64,000 nucleotides of DNA from an uncultured bacterium (GCA_963705915.1 OY970126.1:623893-687892), one strand, 5' to 3'. Positions 37,297 through 48,306 are shown, counted from the first letter of the stretch. Notes: a model not told the origin generated them from the letters alone. Numbers and translations: made by a program.

Positions 37297-37854
37297 ATGC
37301 AGTTCCAAGTTCCACAATTTATCGAGACTGAAGACAAAGTGGTGGGCCCGTTCTCGATCCGCCAGTTTGCCTATGTTGGCATTGCCTGCTTCATAAGTGC
37401 CATCGCATATTTTATGCTTGCGACATGGCTATTCTTTCTTGTCGCAATCATTTTTATCGGCGGTGCGCTCGCCATATCGTTTGTAAAGGTTGAGGGCCGC
37501 CCCCTCATTAATATTCTTATTTCCGCAGCCAATTTTTATTGGAAACCGCAAACCTACGTCTGGCAACCGGAGCAGACAGCAATTGCCGCGCCCGGCAAGA
37601 TCAAAAGTGAAGCAAAATCGGGCGGTTTTTCGCTTGAAGATATCCTCGCAAACGCTCTCCGGAAAAAATCGGTTGATACGGCAAAAGTTGCCGATGGCAA
37701 CGCTCTCCATAAAAGCTGGCAAAATGTGCAAACGGGGGAGACCCAAAAAACCTCTGACCGGCAATTCATCGAACGCAAGATGAATGAGCGCTATCAGATT
37801 TTCCAGAAGCTTGCGGGCGACCGGGACGCTGCGCGGCGGGTGGACTATCGATAG
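37297..37854 (+). CDS. PrgI family protein (VirB3-like)
   Basis: MQFQVPQFIETEDKVVGPFSIRQF followed by two TMs. Confidence 0.9.
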   Translation: MQFQVPQFIETEDKVVGPFSIRQFAYVGIACFISAIAYFMLATWLFFLVAIIFIGGALAISFVKVEGRPLINILISAANFYWKPQTYVWQPEQTAIAAPGKIKSEAKSGGFSLEDILANALRKKSVDTAKVADGNALHKSWQNVQTGETQKTSDRQFIERKMNERYQIFQKLAGDRDAARRVDYR

Positions 37855-37890
37855 TTGGATTATCGATACTAATTGTGGGAAAATAATACC

Positions 37891-38592
37891 ATGGCGCTTC
37901 CTGCAAAGCAGGATCTGGGCAATTCGCTCGATCTTGTAGACATAAAAGAGATTCGCGACAACGTCGCCATTCTCAAAGACAATAGCTTACGACAAGTCGT
38001 TATGGTCGGTGGGGTGAATTTTGCGTTGAAATCGGACACCGAGCAGAACATCATCACGCAAGGCTATCAGACATTTTTAAACACCGTCGAATTTCCGCTT
38101 CAGATTCTCATCCATTCGCGCAAAGTAAACATCGACAAATATATAGAGAGCCTTTTGCGCCGGAAAGAAGTGGAAACATCGCCGATCCTCCAGAACCAAA
38201 TTGACGAATACACCGAGTTCGTAAAAGGGTTCGTGTCTAAAAATGCGATTATGGAAAAAACATTTCTCATTGTCGTGCCTTTTTTCCCGTTGGGCGCGGC
38301 GATGTCGGGGGCGAAAAAGGGATTGATGGATAGCATTCCGTTTTTGGGTAACAGGAAAAAGCCCGACGCCGCGGCAACGGCAAAATCAAAAGAAGAAGCC
38401 GACCACTCATTTAATGAAAATGTTGGCCAGCTCACCCAGCGCACAAGCCAGATTGTGAACGGCATTTTGGGCGTAGGCCTCGAAGCCACCGTGCTCGGCA
38501 ACCAGGAACTCATCGAGCTTTTCTATAATTTTTATAACCCGCAAACCGTTGAGCGGGGGACGAACCTTGGAGCGGGGACTGATACCGCATGA
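37891..38592 (+). CDS. TraC/VirB4 N-terminal-like protein
   Basis: IKEIRDNVAILKD, VNFALKSDTEQ, QILIHSRK, ELIELFYNFYNP. Confidence 0.85.
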   Translation: MALPAKQDLGNSLDLVDIKEIRDNVAILKDNSLRQVVMVGGVNFALKSDTEQNIITQGYQTFLNTVEFPLQILIHSRKVNIDKYIESLLRRKEVETSPILQNQIDEYTEFVKGFVSKNAIMEKTFLIVVPFFPLGAAMSGAKKGLMDSIPFLGNRKKPDAAATAKSKEEADHSFNENVGQLTQRTSQIVNGILGVGLEATVLGNQELIELFYNFYNPQTVERGTNLGAGTDTA

Positions 38593-38616
38593 TTTCATTA
38601 ACCTTTCATTAAAACG

Positions 38617-40353
38617 ATGCCCGACCAAACCCCACAAAACTTCAAAGATATCAAAAAGATCATCGCACCGGCAGGCGTGCAGATCTCGCCGAATTTTTTG
38701 AAGATCGGCGACAAGCTCGCAAAAACGTTTTTTGTTTTTTCATATCCCCGCTACCTCGCGACGGGTTGGTTCGAACCGCTCATCAACCTGCCGAATCTTT
38801 TTGATATTTCCATTTATGTGAACCCGATAGACACGGGCGTCGCGCTCAAAAACCTCCGCAAGAAAGCCGGCCAGCTCGAATCCCAAATAGCCGACGAACA
38901 GGAAAAGGGGCTCGTGCGAAATCCCGTGCTTGAAACCGCCGTGCAAGACGTTGAAAATCTCCGCGACTCACTCCAGCAGTCGGAAGAAAAACTTTTCGAT
39001 ACCGGCGTATACATTACGATCTACGGCGACAACGAAGACGACCTCGCAAAGCTTGAAAGTAAACTCGTGAGCATGATGGAGGCGAAGCTCATCTATCTCA
39101 AACCCGCGCTCTTCAATCAGCTCGAAGGGCTATTCACCGTGCTCCCGCTCGATGCCGATAAATTGCAGGTGTATACGCCAATGAACACGGGCCCGATTTC
39201 ATCCTTCTTCCCGTTTGTTTCGGAAGATCTCTCTTCTAATGAGGGAATCATGTACGGTATTAATTTGCACAATAATAATCTTGTGATCTTCGATCGATTC
39301 TCGCTTGAGAATGCAAACCAAGTCGTCTTTGCAAAATCCGGCTCGGGAAAGTCATATACAACAAAGCTCGAAATCATCCGATCTCTCATGGCGGGTGTCG
39401 ACATGGTGCTCGTGATCGATCCGGAAAACGAATACGACCGGCTTGCAAAAACCTTTGGCGGCAGCATGTTCAATATCTCGCTCTCGGGGCACGAACACAT
39501 CAATCCGTTCGATTTGCCGCTCGTGCCGGAAGGGGAAACACCGTCGGATGTTTTGCGGTCGCACATCGTGACGCTCGCAAGTTTGCTCAAGCTCATGCTC
39601 GGCAAGATCACGCCGGAAGAAGACGCCTTGCTTGATCGCGCAATCACCGAGACCTATGCGTCGCGGGATATCGTGGCCGGCACAGACTTCGCCGGAAAAG
39701 AACCGCCGCTTTTGGGCGACCTCGAAACGGTCCTCCGCGATATAGAAGGAGGAAAAGATTTGGCCGAAAAGCTCTATAAATACACCAAGGGCAGCTTTGC
39801 GGGGTTCTTGAACCAGCCAACAAACATCGATATCAGTAACCGGCTCATCGTGTTTTCAATCCGCGACCTCGAAGAAGAATTGCGCCCGGTCGGCATGTTC
39901 GTTGTTTTGAATTTCATCTGGTCGCTCATCCGCGCGAAGCTCGCGAAGCGATTGCTCTTCATCGATGAAGCCTGGATCATGATGAAAAACGAAGACAGCG
40001 CGACGTTCCTCTTCGGCCTCGTGAAACGCGCGCGCAAATATTATCTCGGCGTATCGACGATCACCCAAGACGTTGAAGATTTCTTGCGATCGCCCTATGG
40101 CCGCCCAATCATCACAAACTCGTCGATCCAATTACTTTTGAAACAGGCGCCGGCAACAATTGATATCGTGGCAAAGGCATTCGATCTCACGGAAGCCGAG
40201 AAAAGTTTTCTCCTGGGCGCGGAAGTCGGCACCGGTATCTTCTTTGCTGGCAAACGACACGTTGCAATTCAAATCGTGCCGTCATACTTTGAAGATCAGA
40301 TCATCACAACGAATCCCGAACAGCTTCTCGAGGAGAAAGATCAGGTTTTGTAG
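38617..40353 (+). CDS. VirB4-like type IV secretion ATPase
   Basis: FDRFSLENAN, AKSGSGKS, IDPENEY, IDEAW, RARKY, TITQDVEDF. Confidence 0.93.
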   Translation: MPDQTPQNFKDIKKIIAPAGVQISPNFLKIGDKLAKTFFVFSYPRYLATGWFEPLINLPNLFDISIYVNPIDTGVALKNLRKKAGQLESQIADEQEKGLVRNPVLETAVQDVENLRDSLQQSEEKLFDTGVYITIYGDNEDDLAKLESKLVSMMEAKLIYLKPALFNQLEGLFTVLPLDADKLQVYTPMNTGPISSFFPFVSEDLSSNEGIMYGINLHNNNLVIFDRFSLENANQVVFAKSGSGKSYTTKLEIIRSLMAGVDMVLVIDPENEYDRLAKTFGGSMFNISLSGHEHINPFDLPLVPEGETPSDVLRSHIVTLASLLKLMLGKITPEEDALLDRAITETYASRDIVAGTDFAGKEPPLLGDLETVLRDIEGGKDLAEKLYKYTKGSFAGFLNQPTNIDISNRLIVFSIRDLEEELRPVGMFVVLNFIWSLIRAKLAKRLLFIDEAWIMMKNEDSATFLFGLVKRARKYYLGVSTITQDVEDFLRSPYGRPIITNSSIQLLLKQAPATIDIVAKAFDLTEAEKSFLLGAEVGTGIFFAGKRHVAIQIVPSYFEDQIITTNPEQLLEEKDQVL

Positions 40354-40362
40354 CGCACTACG

Positions 40363-41235
40363 ATGAATGCGAAACGATTCAGCACTGCAGAAGAAGTAGT
40401 CGCCGCACTTCTCGTCCTTTCAGAAGTTGCGGTGAAAGCCATCGCCGACCTTTCTCTTGGCATACCCGTCATCGGAGAAATCGGCTTTGCCGGTGCAGAA
40501 CTTTACACCGTTGCGATCTACGCCGTCTTTATTCTTTGGTTCGTCTTTAAGCTTGGCGGCTTTGGAACCGTCGGCATGTATCTCACCGTTGGCGGCCTTG
40601 CCGACGCGATAGGCATCCCTGTTGGCCTTGCCTTCGCTGTTGGCGCAGGCATGTATTTGACGAACCATCCAAAAGTAAAAGCTGTGGCCGGGGTTGTTGG
40701 AGGATTTGAAGGGGGCGCGGAAGCGGGGGCAGCCGAAGCTGGCGAAGCCGCGGAGGGTGTGACTGAGGTAGAAGAGGCCGCAACGGCGGCGGAGGGAACA
40801 GCGCAAGGAGCTGAGGCAGCCCAAGGCGCCGAAGGGGTTGAGGCTGGAACGGAAACTGGAAAAGCCGGCGCAGGTACGTCCGCCGAAGAAGCCGGGGCAC
40901 AGGAAGCTGGAGCTGAAACCAATGAGTCCGAGAAGACCGAAGGCGAGCGTAAAGCCGAAGAGGAGCTCACGCCGGAAGCCGAGAAAAACCCGATGGACAT
41001 TGAGCAGAAAAATCTTTTTCAAGAAACACCGGAATCTGAGTTTGAAGGCAAGGAGAGCGGCACTGAGGCAGGCGACGAGAACGGTTCCGCCCAAGACAAG
41101 CCGCTTAACAAAGAGCAAAAGTTCGGGCAGAAGGTGCAAGACATCACTTCCGGACGCGGTCAGAACCTTAAAGATTATCAAGCAGACGAAGACAAGGAAG
41201 ATTTCGGCGACGAAGAATCCGAGAAGGCCGCGTAG
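40363..41235 (+). CDS. membrane protein with an acidic Ala/Glu/Gly-rich tail
   Basis: N-terminal TMs followed by GAEAGAAEAGE-type low-complexity sequence. Confidence 0.75.
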   Translation: MNAKRFSTAEEVVAALLVLSEVAVKAIADLSLGIPVIGEIGFAGAELYTVAIYAVFILWFVFKLGGFGTVGMYLTVGGLADAIGIPVGLAFAVGAGMYLTNHPKVKAVAGVVGGFEGGAEAGAAEAGEAAEGVTEVEEAATAAEGTAQGAEAAQGAEGVEAGTETGKAGAGTSAEEAGAQEAGAETNESEKTEGERKAEEELTPEAEKNPMDIEQKNLFQETPESEFEGKESGTEAGDENGSAQDKPLNKEQKFGQKVQDITSGRGQNLKDYQADEDKEDFGDEESEKAA

Positions 41236-41268
41236 CGTCGTTCCGTTTGCTACAATAATAAAGAGTAT

Positions 41269-41958
41269 ATGGCGAACCGAACCGCAAAGACCGCACTCGG
41301 CATAATGGCCGTGCTTTTCATACTTGGCATCGCCCGGGCCAATGCTGCAGGTCCTCAATTTTTGATCACGTGGAAAACCACGGGAAGTTATATTCCGTCG
41401 AATTACGCCGGGAAAATGTTGCCGACCTATGGATCGGAGATAACCGCATCGCTTGAGATATTTTCCGGCGGCTCTTCGGTCAACTTGGCGAACCAAACCA
41501 TCTATTGGTATTTAAACGACACGCTTCTCGGCGGTGGCGTGGGTGCTCGAACGATTACATTCCCGCCCTTTGGCCAAGCGCCAAACGATATGACACTCAA
41601 AGTTGAGTTGCCAAGTTACGACGGACAATTTCTCATCCATACCATCACCATCCCGATGGCTCAGCCACAGGTTGTAATCGTTGCACCCTATCCCGGCGGA
41701 GCTTTTTCATTAAACCCAGTCACCGTGACGGCTGTGCCTTATTTTTTCAACACAGCGTCACAGGATAATCTTTCGTATTCGTGGACGGTAAACGGCCAAA
41801 CAAGTGCAAACGAAGAGGATCCTGAAGAAGCACAGATTACGCTCCCGGGAGGAACGGCAGCCGGAACGTCGTTCGGTGTTGACGTGACGGTACAAAATCC
41901 GAGCGATTCAACGCAGGCGACGGCGTCAGAAAATCTCACCTACCAGCCACCACTTTAA
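41269..41958 (+). CDS. secreted Ig-like protein
   Basis: Signal peptide ending ANA; SYIPSNYAGK, AVPYFF, YSWTVNG. Confidence 0.78.
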   Translation: MANRTAKTALGIMAVLFILGIARANAAGPQFLITWKTTGSYIPSNYAGKMLPTYGSEITASLEIFSGGSSVNLANQTIYWYLNDTLLGGGVGARTITFPPFGQAPNDMTLKVELPSYDGQFLIHTITIPMAQPQVVIVAPYPGGAFSLNPVTVTAVPYFFNTASQDNLSYSWTVNGQTSANEEDPEEAQITLPGGTAAGTSFGVDVTVQNPSDSTQATASENLTYQPPL

Positions 41959-41974
41959 CTATGTTCCATTTCTC

Positions 41975-42451
41975 ATGAGCAAATCCATTGTAAAAAAAGT
42001 TGCTTTTATCTTTATTGCGAGCCTCGCTCTCTCGTTTGTTTCTGTGACGCACGCGGTGAACATTTCGCTTTCGTTTCCCGGCGTAAATTATTCAACGAGC
42101 ACGCCGCCCGGAACGATTGTAAATGGCTTCTATCAGTTTGCGCTCCTTATCGGAGGAATCCTTGCGTTCGGCGCCATCGTCTATGGAGGCGTGAGATATA
42201 TGACCTCGGCAGGTAATCCTTCGGGGCAGCACGAAGCGAAGGAGTGGATTCTGAGTGCACTCATCGGCATCATACTTCTCGTCGGCGCGTACCTCATCTT
42301 GAATACTGTGAATCCAAATCTAACGCACCTCGATCTGCCAACACTCCAGCCCGTAAATATTAGTAACAACGGTTATACCGGCAACGGGGGCTCGAATGGG
42401 CAAGGTACGAGCGGATCGGGCTCAAATGGCGGCGGTGGCAGCGCCTTCTAA
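41975..42451 (+). CDS. pilin (TrbC/VirB2-like)
   Basis: AFGAIVYGGVRYMTSAGNP...AKEWILSALIG...YLILNTVNP. Confidence 0.88.
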   Translation: MSKSIVKKVAFIFIASLALSFVSVTHAVNISLSFPGVNYSTSTPPGTIVNGFYQFALLIGGILAFGAIVYGGVRYMTSAGNPSGQHEAKEWILSALIGIILLVGAYLILNTVNPNLTHLDLPTLQPVNISNNGYTGNGGSNGQGTSGSGSNGGGGSAF

Positions 42452-42455
42452 ATCT

Positions 42456-43784
42456 ATGAAACGCTATATAACCATAATTGCCGTAGTGATCATTGTAGCC
42501 GTCCTTGTGGTGGTCGGCCTCTATATTTGGAAGCAATACGGATCGTCGGGAGCGTCGGGCACCACCTCGAGCGGAACCGCCGGCACGTTGCCGAACGCTG
42601 GAACGCAAGGAACGAGTGGCAGCAGCACAAGCGGGACAACGGGAACAACCGGCGCGACTGGCGGCAACACGGGTTCAAGCTCGAGTGGCAGTACCGGCCT
42701 TGTTGCGGGCACCTTCGGGCCGCTCTCAAATGATCCTGTCCTCAATTATTTTGTGGAGCCGAATAATACCGTGCTTGCCCTTGAGCCGAATGGCGTTGTT
42801 GCACAGATCTCCGCAGGCCAAACTTCTTACCTCAGTTCGTCAACGGCGAGTAACGTGATCAGGGGCTCATTCTCGCTTGACGGTAAATTGGCGCTCATAA
42901 ACTTTGGTGCCGCGGGCACCGCGCCACAAACGAGTATCTTTGCTGTCGCTTCTTCAAAATGGACGGCGCTTCCGCAGGGCATGCAATCGCCCGTCTGGTC
43001 GCCGGTGCCTGGCGACGAACGCATTGCGTACCTTGCAAACGCAGCGACGGGGACGGAAACGCTCGCGACGATCAACGCGGCGAATCCAAAGGCTGGCCCG
43101 GTTGGTCTGCTTACCCTCCACGCGAACGATCTCACCGTGCAGTGGATCGGCAAAACACAGTTTATCCTCTCGAGTAAGCCGAGCGACTACGCCCCTGGTT
43201 CGATGTTCCTGTTCAATAGCGCGGCACAAGCCCTCACACTGCTCGACATCGACCTGCCAGGGCTCGAAAGCGTCTGGAGCGGTCCCTTTGGCACAAGCTC
43301 ACCCGAAGGACTCGTATTCTCCACTAATATTGGCTCGACGGGCGGCAATCTGCAATTTCAAGACTTGAGCGGAAATATTCTTGAGAATGTGGCCTTGGGA
43401 ACATTGCCGACGAAATGCACCTTCGGCACGGGAACGTCAATCGTAACAGCTTCGCCTTCGAACGGCACGTCGACCGCAAGTACGTCGACCGTCGGCGCAC
43501 CAGGCACAACGACAACCACGAGCTATCTTGCCCTCTACTGCGGCGTCCCGCGCGACCAAAACGCATTTTCGTCAGCATACTTACCCGACGATTACAACCA
43601 AATGGCGCTCTTCACCTCCGACGATATTTATCAAATCAACGCCGAGAACGGATCAGTGAATGTCCTTTGGGATGATGCGAGTCAAAACATGGACGTGAGC
43701 AATCTCACGGTTGTGAGCAGCTCGATCTTCTTCGTCAATCGTTACGATCAGAAATTATACACGCTCTCAATCAGCGCAAACTAA
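42456..43784 (+). CDS. membrane-anchored beta-propeller-like surface protein
   Basis: TM, G/S/T linker, SPVWSP, LYCGVP, FFVNRYD. Confidence 0.78.
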   Translation: MKRYITIIAVVIIVAVLVVVGLYIWKQYGSSGASGTTSSGTAGTLPNAGTQGTSGSSTSGTTGTTGATGGNTGSSSSGSTGLVAGTFGPLSNDPVLNYFVEPNNTVLALEPNGVVAQISAGQTSYLSSSTASNVIRGSFSLDGKLALINFGAAGTAPQTSIFAVASSKWTALPQGMQSPVWSPVPGDERIAYLANAATGTETLATINAANPKAGPVGLLTLHANDLTVQWIGKTQFILSSKPSDYAPGSMFLFNSAAQALTLLDIDLPGLESVWSGPFGTSSPEGLVFSTNIGSTGGNLQFQDLSGNILENVALGTLPTKCTFGTGTSIVTASPSNGTSTASTSTVGAPGTTTTTSYLALYCGVPRDQNAFSSAYLPDDYNQMALFTSDDIYQINAENGSVNVLWDDASQNMDVSNLTVVSSSIFFVNRYDQKLYTLSISAN

Positions 43785-43810
43785 AAAAGAGTCTTCGCTC
43801 TTTTTTATTC

Positions 43811-44269
43811 TTAGCTGTCGGGATTGGTTTTTGTTTCTTCTCCAATCGGCTTGATGATCACGTATCGTTCTTTTCCGTTGCCGGCGCTTTCGGTGCGGAC
43901 CTCGGGATGGATCGCAAGTTCAACGTGCACGAGCCGGCGCTCATAGGAGTTCATCGCGGGCAATGAGACTTCTGCTTTTGTTGCGAGCGCTTTTTTAGCG
44001 GCGGCGCGGGCGAGTTCGGCGATCAAATTTTCGCGCTCCTGGCGATAATTGTTCACGTCGAGGAAAATGGTTTCGGCGGAATTCTTTTTTGCAACCATTT
44101 GGATGAGATGATTGATGCTCTCGACAATCGCAGGAAGGTTGTCTCGGATAAGATTTTGATCTTCATAAATGAAAAGTGCCGCATGCTTTTCGGCAGGCTT
44201 CACCTCGAGGCGATAGTCTTTAAAACCGAGGAGGTCGAATGTTTTTTTAATAAAAATCTCCCAATCCAT
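43811..44269 (-). CDS. Jag/KhpB-like R3H RNA-binding protein (short form)
   Basis: DVNNYR, PAMNSYERRLVH, TESAG; located downstream of yidC. Confidence 0.88.
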   Translation of the reverse strand: MDWEIFIKKTFDLLGFKDYRLEVKPAEKHAALFIYEDQNLIRDNLPAIVESINHLIQMVAKKNSAETIFLDVNNYRQERENLIAELARAAAKKALATKAEVSLPAMNSYERRLVHVELAIHPEVRTESAGNGKERYVIIKPIGEETKTNPDS

Positions 44270-44362
44270 AATGGAGCTACTATTTCATATTTTGTTAATA
44301 AAATCAAATGCCGCCGCGAGCCGTCGCTGCGGCGAAATGGCTAAGGCGATCTCCTGAAGGAT

Positions 44363-45070
44363 CTAATTTCCGTACTTCTCCCGCAAGTGTCGATTCACAA
44401 AGAATTGCTGGATCGCCGAGAAGAGCGATGAAAAGAGCCAATAGAGCGCCACGGCCGAAGGCAGACTGTAGAAGATGACGAGGGTCATGATAGGACCGAT
44501 GAAGGCCATCTGGCGTGCGATCTTCTCTACCGGAGAGAGCTGGTGCCCTTCGGGTTGCTTGTAGATCGCAAGCCTCGCCTGAAGATATTGTGAAAGCGCC
44601 GCAAGGACAAGCAGGGTAAAGCTCGGCACGGCGAGATTTACGAAACCGAGGAACATCGTATTGATAACTGCCGGCGCCGGGACAAACGAATAAAGGCCGG
44701 CGATCTGTCCGGTGCCGAGACCAGAACGCACTGCCCAGTAGAGCGCGATTAACACCGGTAACTGGATGAGTAATAAAAGAAAACTGGAGAATGGATTGAT
44801 GCCGTGTTCTTTATAAAGCGCCATGAGCGCTTCGGATTGCTTTTGCATATCCTTTTTATGCGTCTCCTGGATTTTTTTTACCTGCGGCTGAATCCGCTGC
44901 ATGAGCATCTGCTGCTTTGCGCCTTTGTGAAAAAACGGATAGAGGATTAGGCGGAGCAATAAGGTGACGAGAATGATCGCAAGCCCCAGATTATGAAAAG
45001 CGATCGTGTCATAAAAATAAATGAGAACGTTCAGAATCGGCTGATAAAAAATAATTTGCCACCAACTCAT
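44363..45070 (-). CDS. yidC: membrane protein insertase YidC (short form)
   Basis: GLAIILVTLLLRLILYP, LYKEHGINP, LIQLPV, LYW. Confidence 0.94.
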   Translation of the reverse strand: MSWWQIIFYQPILNVLIYFYDTIAFHNLGLAIILVTLLLRLILYPFFHKGAKQQMLMQRIQPQVKKIQETHKKDMQKQSEALMALYKEHGINPFSSFLLLLIQLPVLIALYWAVRSGLGTGQIAGLYSFVPAPAVINTMFLGFVNLAVPSFTLLVLAALSQYLQARLAIYKQPEGHQLSPVEKIARQMAFIGPIMTLVIFYSLPSAVALYWLFSSLFSAIQQFFVNRHLREKYGN

Positions 45071-45091
45071 AAAAATAAAATGTTGTGGGTG

Positions 45092-45403
45092 TTATGCCGT
45101 TTGATGAATCGCGCGGACGAGCGCTTCGCGAAACTGCGACTTCGTAAGTTCGTTGACGCGTGATTGCATGATCAGGATAGCATCGCGGTTGCCTTGCACG
45201 GAACTTTCGAGTGTGGCTCGCGCTTGTCGTTTCCAAAAATTTCTTGTGACGGCGGCTTTGTGTACGCTTTTCCCAACCACAATACCAACCCGCGGGCCCT
45301 TAGTTTCGTTCGATTTCATTTTTAATGAAAAAAATGGTGTGCGTGTGAGCCGATATCCATACGCCCGGAACTCCGCGCGGGGCAGGCGCTTCACACGAGA
45401 CAT
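45092..45403 (-). CDS. rnpA: ribonuclease P protein component
   Basis: RVGIVVGKSVHKAAVTRNFWKRQAR; rpmH-rnpA-yidC synteny. Confidence 0.9.
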   Translation of the reverse strand: MSRVKRLPRAEFRAYGYRLTRTPFFSLKMKSNETKGPRVGIVVGKSVHKAAVTRNFWKRQARATLESSVQGNRDAILIMQSRVNELTKSQFREALVRAIHQTA

Positions 45404-45406
45404 ACG

Positions 45407-45541
45407 CTAGACCGTAAGCTTCTTCCGGCCCTTCGCACGACGCCGGGAAAGGACCTGACGGCCGGTGGCCGTGCGCTGTCTTTTCAAAAATCCATGCGTG
45501 CGACGCCGCTTTTTCTTCTTTGGGTTGTACGTAAACGACAT
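45407..45541 (-). CDS. rpmH: 50S ribosomal protein L34
   Basis: [39 protein letters not shown]. Confidence 0.96.
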   Translation of the reverse strand: MSFTYNPKKKKRRRTHGFLKRQRTATGRQVLSRRRAKGRKKLTV

Positions 45542-45706
45542 GCCTATGATTGTATCATAAATTTTTCGAAAATCAACCCTCGACAAACTCCACGACTCGG
45601 CTCTAGAATACCTTATGCACATGAAATCCCCAAAACGTATCCCTGCGGCACTTTGACAAAGAACGTTCGTCTGATAAATAATTAACCCAACGTAAACTAT
45701 TTCACC

Positions 45707-47056
45707 ATGGATCTTGATCAAATTTGGCAATCGACGCTTGGTGAGATGGAAGTTCAAATTTCCAAAGCCCATTATGTTGCTTGGGTGAAAGATAGTCGCC
45801 TTATCGATCGCAAAGATGGCACGCTCTATGTGGCTGTTGCGAATAGTTTCACGAAAGAATGGATCGAGGGGAAGTACCAGAAGAATTTATTGGGCATTTT
45901 GCGCAATATGGACAGCTCCGTGAAGAAAATTGAGTTCGTGGTGGGCCCCAAGGCAGCTGCTATCGCTCGGCAAACCCCTCAAGCACAACTCGCGAAAGCC
46001 GAAATTATGGACTTGGACTTCAAAACCGATCCGGAAACCGGCCTTAACCCAAAATATACGATGGCATCGTTCGTTGTCGGACCATCGAATGAACTCGCAT
46101 TCGCCGCAGCGTCGGCTATTGTCGAAGAAATTGGGAGAAAATACAATCCGTTCTTCGTGTATGGCGGCGTTGGCCTCGGCAAGACTCATCTCATCCAAGC
46201 TGTCGGCAATGAAATCGCGCGAAAATATCAGGGTCGTGTGAAACCGAAGTATGTTCCCTCGGAACAATACACTCGCGACATTGTTTGGGGCATTCGAAAC
46301 GATCGGATTGAGAGCATTAAGAAAAAATATCGCGACGTCGACGTTCTTATCATCGATGATATTCAATTTATCGGCGGGAAGGACAAAACAGAGGAAGAAT
46401 TTTTCCATACGTTCAATGCCCTCTACGAAAATAACAAGCAAATCATCATTTCTTCCGATCGACCACCACAATCGATCCCAACACTCGAAGAACGCCTCCG
46501 CTCCCGGTTTGAGGGGGGCTTGATTGCAGACATCGCCTACCCCGAATTTGAGACCAGGGTGGCCATCATAAAGGCAAAGTTACAGGACATGAATCGGCAA
46601 CTTTCCGACCCTGTCGTTGATATGATCGCGAAAAAACTGAGAAAGAATATTCGCGAGCTTGAGGGCGTTTTGAAGAAGATTTTGTTCTACGAAGAGCGGA
46701 AGCAGGCCGAAGTGACCGAAGACATCGCCGCCGACATCATCGATAAAGCCACGCAAAACCTTGCCAAGCGCGTGAGTGACGTTCAAATCCTCAAAGCGGT
46801 CGCCGAGTTCTTCAATCTGTCCGTTGAAGACCTCATGAGTCACAACCGGCGCAAAGAAGTTGTCGAGCCGCGACAGATTGCGATCTATCTTCTTCGGGAT
46901 ATCTCCGAACTTTCATACCCATATATTGGTGAAAAGTTGGGGAGAGATCACACCACTGCAATACATTCTTACGAAAAGATCAATCAAGAGATTAGTAGAA
47001 ATCAACAGCTTAACCAGAAGGTGTTAATGATTAAAGACTTAATTTTTAAGAGTTAA
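45707..47056 (+). CDS. dnaA: chromosomal replication initiator
   Basis: [35 protein letters not shown]. Confidence 0.98.
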   Translation: MDLDQIWQSTLGEMEVQISKAHYVAWVKDSRLIDRKDGTLYVAVANSFTKEWIEGKYQKNLLGILRNMDSSVKKIEFVVGPKAAAIARQTPQAQLAKAEIMDLDFKTDPETGLNPKYTMASFVVGPSNELAFAAASAIVEEIGRKYNPFFVYGGVGLGKTHLIQAVGNEIARKYQGRVKPKYVPSEQYTRDIVWGIRNDRIESIKKKYRDVDVLIIDDIQFIGGKDKTEEEFFHTFNALYENNKQIIISSDRPPQSIPTLEERLRSRFEGGLIADIAYPEFETRVAIIKAKLQDMNRQLSDPVVDMIAKKLRKNIRELEGVLKKILFYEERKQAEVTEDIAADIIDKATQNLAKRVSDVQILKAVAEFFNLSVEDLMSHNRRKEVVEPRQIAIYLLRDISELSYPYIGEKLGRDHTTAIHSYEKINQEISRNQQLNQKVLMIKDLIFKS

Positions 47057-47193
47057 TCCACAACTTCTACGGAAAAAAATCAGATCTGAATCCCGCGCTT
47101 ATTACAAAAATTATTTTTATCCCCACAACGCAGCCCGTAATAGTCTTAATAAAAATAATTTTCTTATATACATAATTAATTATAATTACTAAT
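47054..47193. other. candidate oriC segment (dnaA-dnaN intergenic)
   Basis: Near-consensus DnaA boxes TAATCCACA (47054) and TTATCCCCA (47117) followed by a very AT-rich stretch. Confidence 0.55.
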
Positions 47194-48306
47194 ATGAAGT
47201 TTATTGCTATTCGATCGAACATTAAAGAAGCGATTTCTATAATTGAAAAAGCGACCGGAGAAAATCAAAATCTTCCCATTTTAAAAAATATCCTTATCGA
47301 AACCGATAAAGACGGAATTATTTTCCACACCACAAACCTTGAAATCGCTATTAGTTATAAAGTTGCCGGTAAAGTTATTGAACACGGGAAGATAACCATT
47401 CCCCTCGGACTCCTTTCGAGCCTTATCGGCACGATTTCAACCGACCGGCTGAATTTCGAGAAAAAAGGGAGTGACGTACAGGTCGCAACGGACAACTACA
47501 ACGCCACGATCCACGGGTTGGCCGCCGATGATTTCCCGATAACGCCGAAAATTAAGGACGGCGAAGGGTACATCGAAATCAAGGGCGCGTTTTTAAGGGA
47601 AGCGATCCAGCAAGTGACGGCCGCTTCGCAATATTCGGACCTCCGGCCGGAATTAAACAGCGTTTTATTCAATTTTTCACTTGAAAAACTGACGCTTGCC
47701 TCAACCGACGGTTTCCGGCTTGCGGAAAAATCCCTGCCGGCGAACCTTTTCACCGCAAAAAGCCTCGAACCATTCAAAATGCTGGTGCCGCTCCGGACGT
47801 CGCTCGAATTAGCCCGCATTTTGCGCGACGACGAGATGGTCCGCATGACGATGGATGAGAATCAGGTGCTTTTCAAAACCGAGAAGGCTGAGCTGATCTC
47901 GCGCCTTACTGAAGGCTCATTTCCGGACTATGCGGCCATTGTTCCGCATGAATTCCAGGCGGAGGTTGCCGTCGATCGCGAGGAATTCGCGAACGCCGTG
48001 AAGCTCTCCAGCATCTTCGGCCAGAAAAACAGCGAAGTAAAGATAAAAATCCACCAAAACAAGAAGGCGATCGAAATGAGTTCGGCCGACCAGGCGCTCG
48101 GCGAGAACGTTTCAACACTCGCCGCGAAGGTCAAAGGCGACCTCGCCGAAGTATATTTCAACTGGCGCTACCTTGCGGATCCCTTGAAAGCGATTAAAAC
48201 CGACGATATTTTCATTGGATTACAGGAAGAAGCCGGTCCGGCGCTCATCCGCTCCACGAGCGATACCTCGTACTACTACGTTTTGAAACCGATTTTGAAA
48301 TCGTAA
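47194..48306 (+). CDS. dnaN: DNA polymerase III beta sliding clamp
   Basis: LPILKNILI, TNLEI, STDGFRL, EGSFPDY. Confidence 0.96.
   Translation: MKFIAIRSNIKEAISIIEKATGENQNLPILKNILIETDKDGIIFHTTNLEIAISYKVAGKVIEHGKITIPLGLLSSLIGTISTDRLNFEKKGSDVQVATDNYNATIHGLAADDFPITPKIKDGEGYIEIKGAFLREAIQQVTAASQYSDLRPELNSVLFNFSLEKLTLASTDGFRLAEKSLPANLFTAKSLEPFKMLVPLRTSLELARILRDDEMVRMTMDENQVLFKTEKAELISRLTEGSFPDYAAIVPHEFQAEVAVDREEFANAVKLSSIFGQKNSEVKIKIHQNKKAIEMSSADQALGENVSTLAAKVKGDLAEVYFNWRYLADPLKAIKTDDIFIGLQEEAGPALIRSTSDTSYYYVLKPILKS

Noticed and set aside
40420-41496. Long minus-strand ORF (358 aa) and other overlapping ORFs
   Set aside because: Shadow frames of the low-complexity Ala/Glu/Gly-rich gene.
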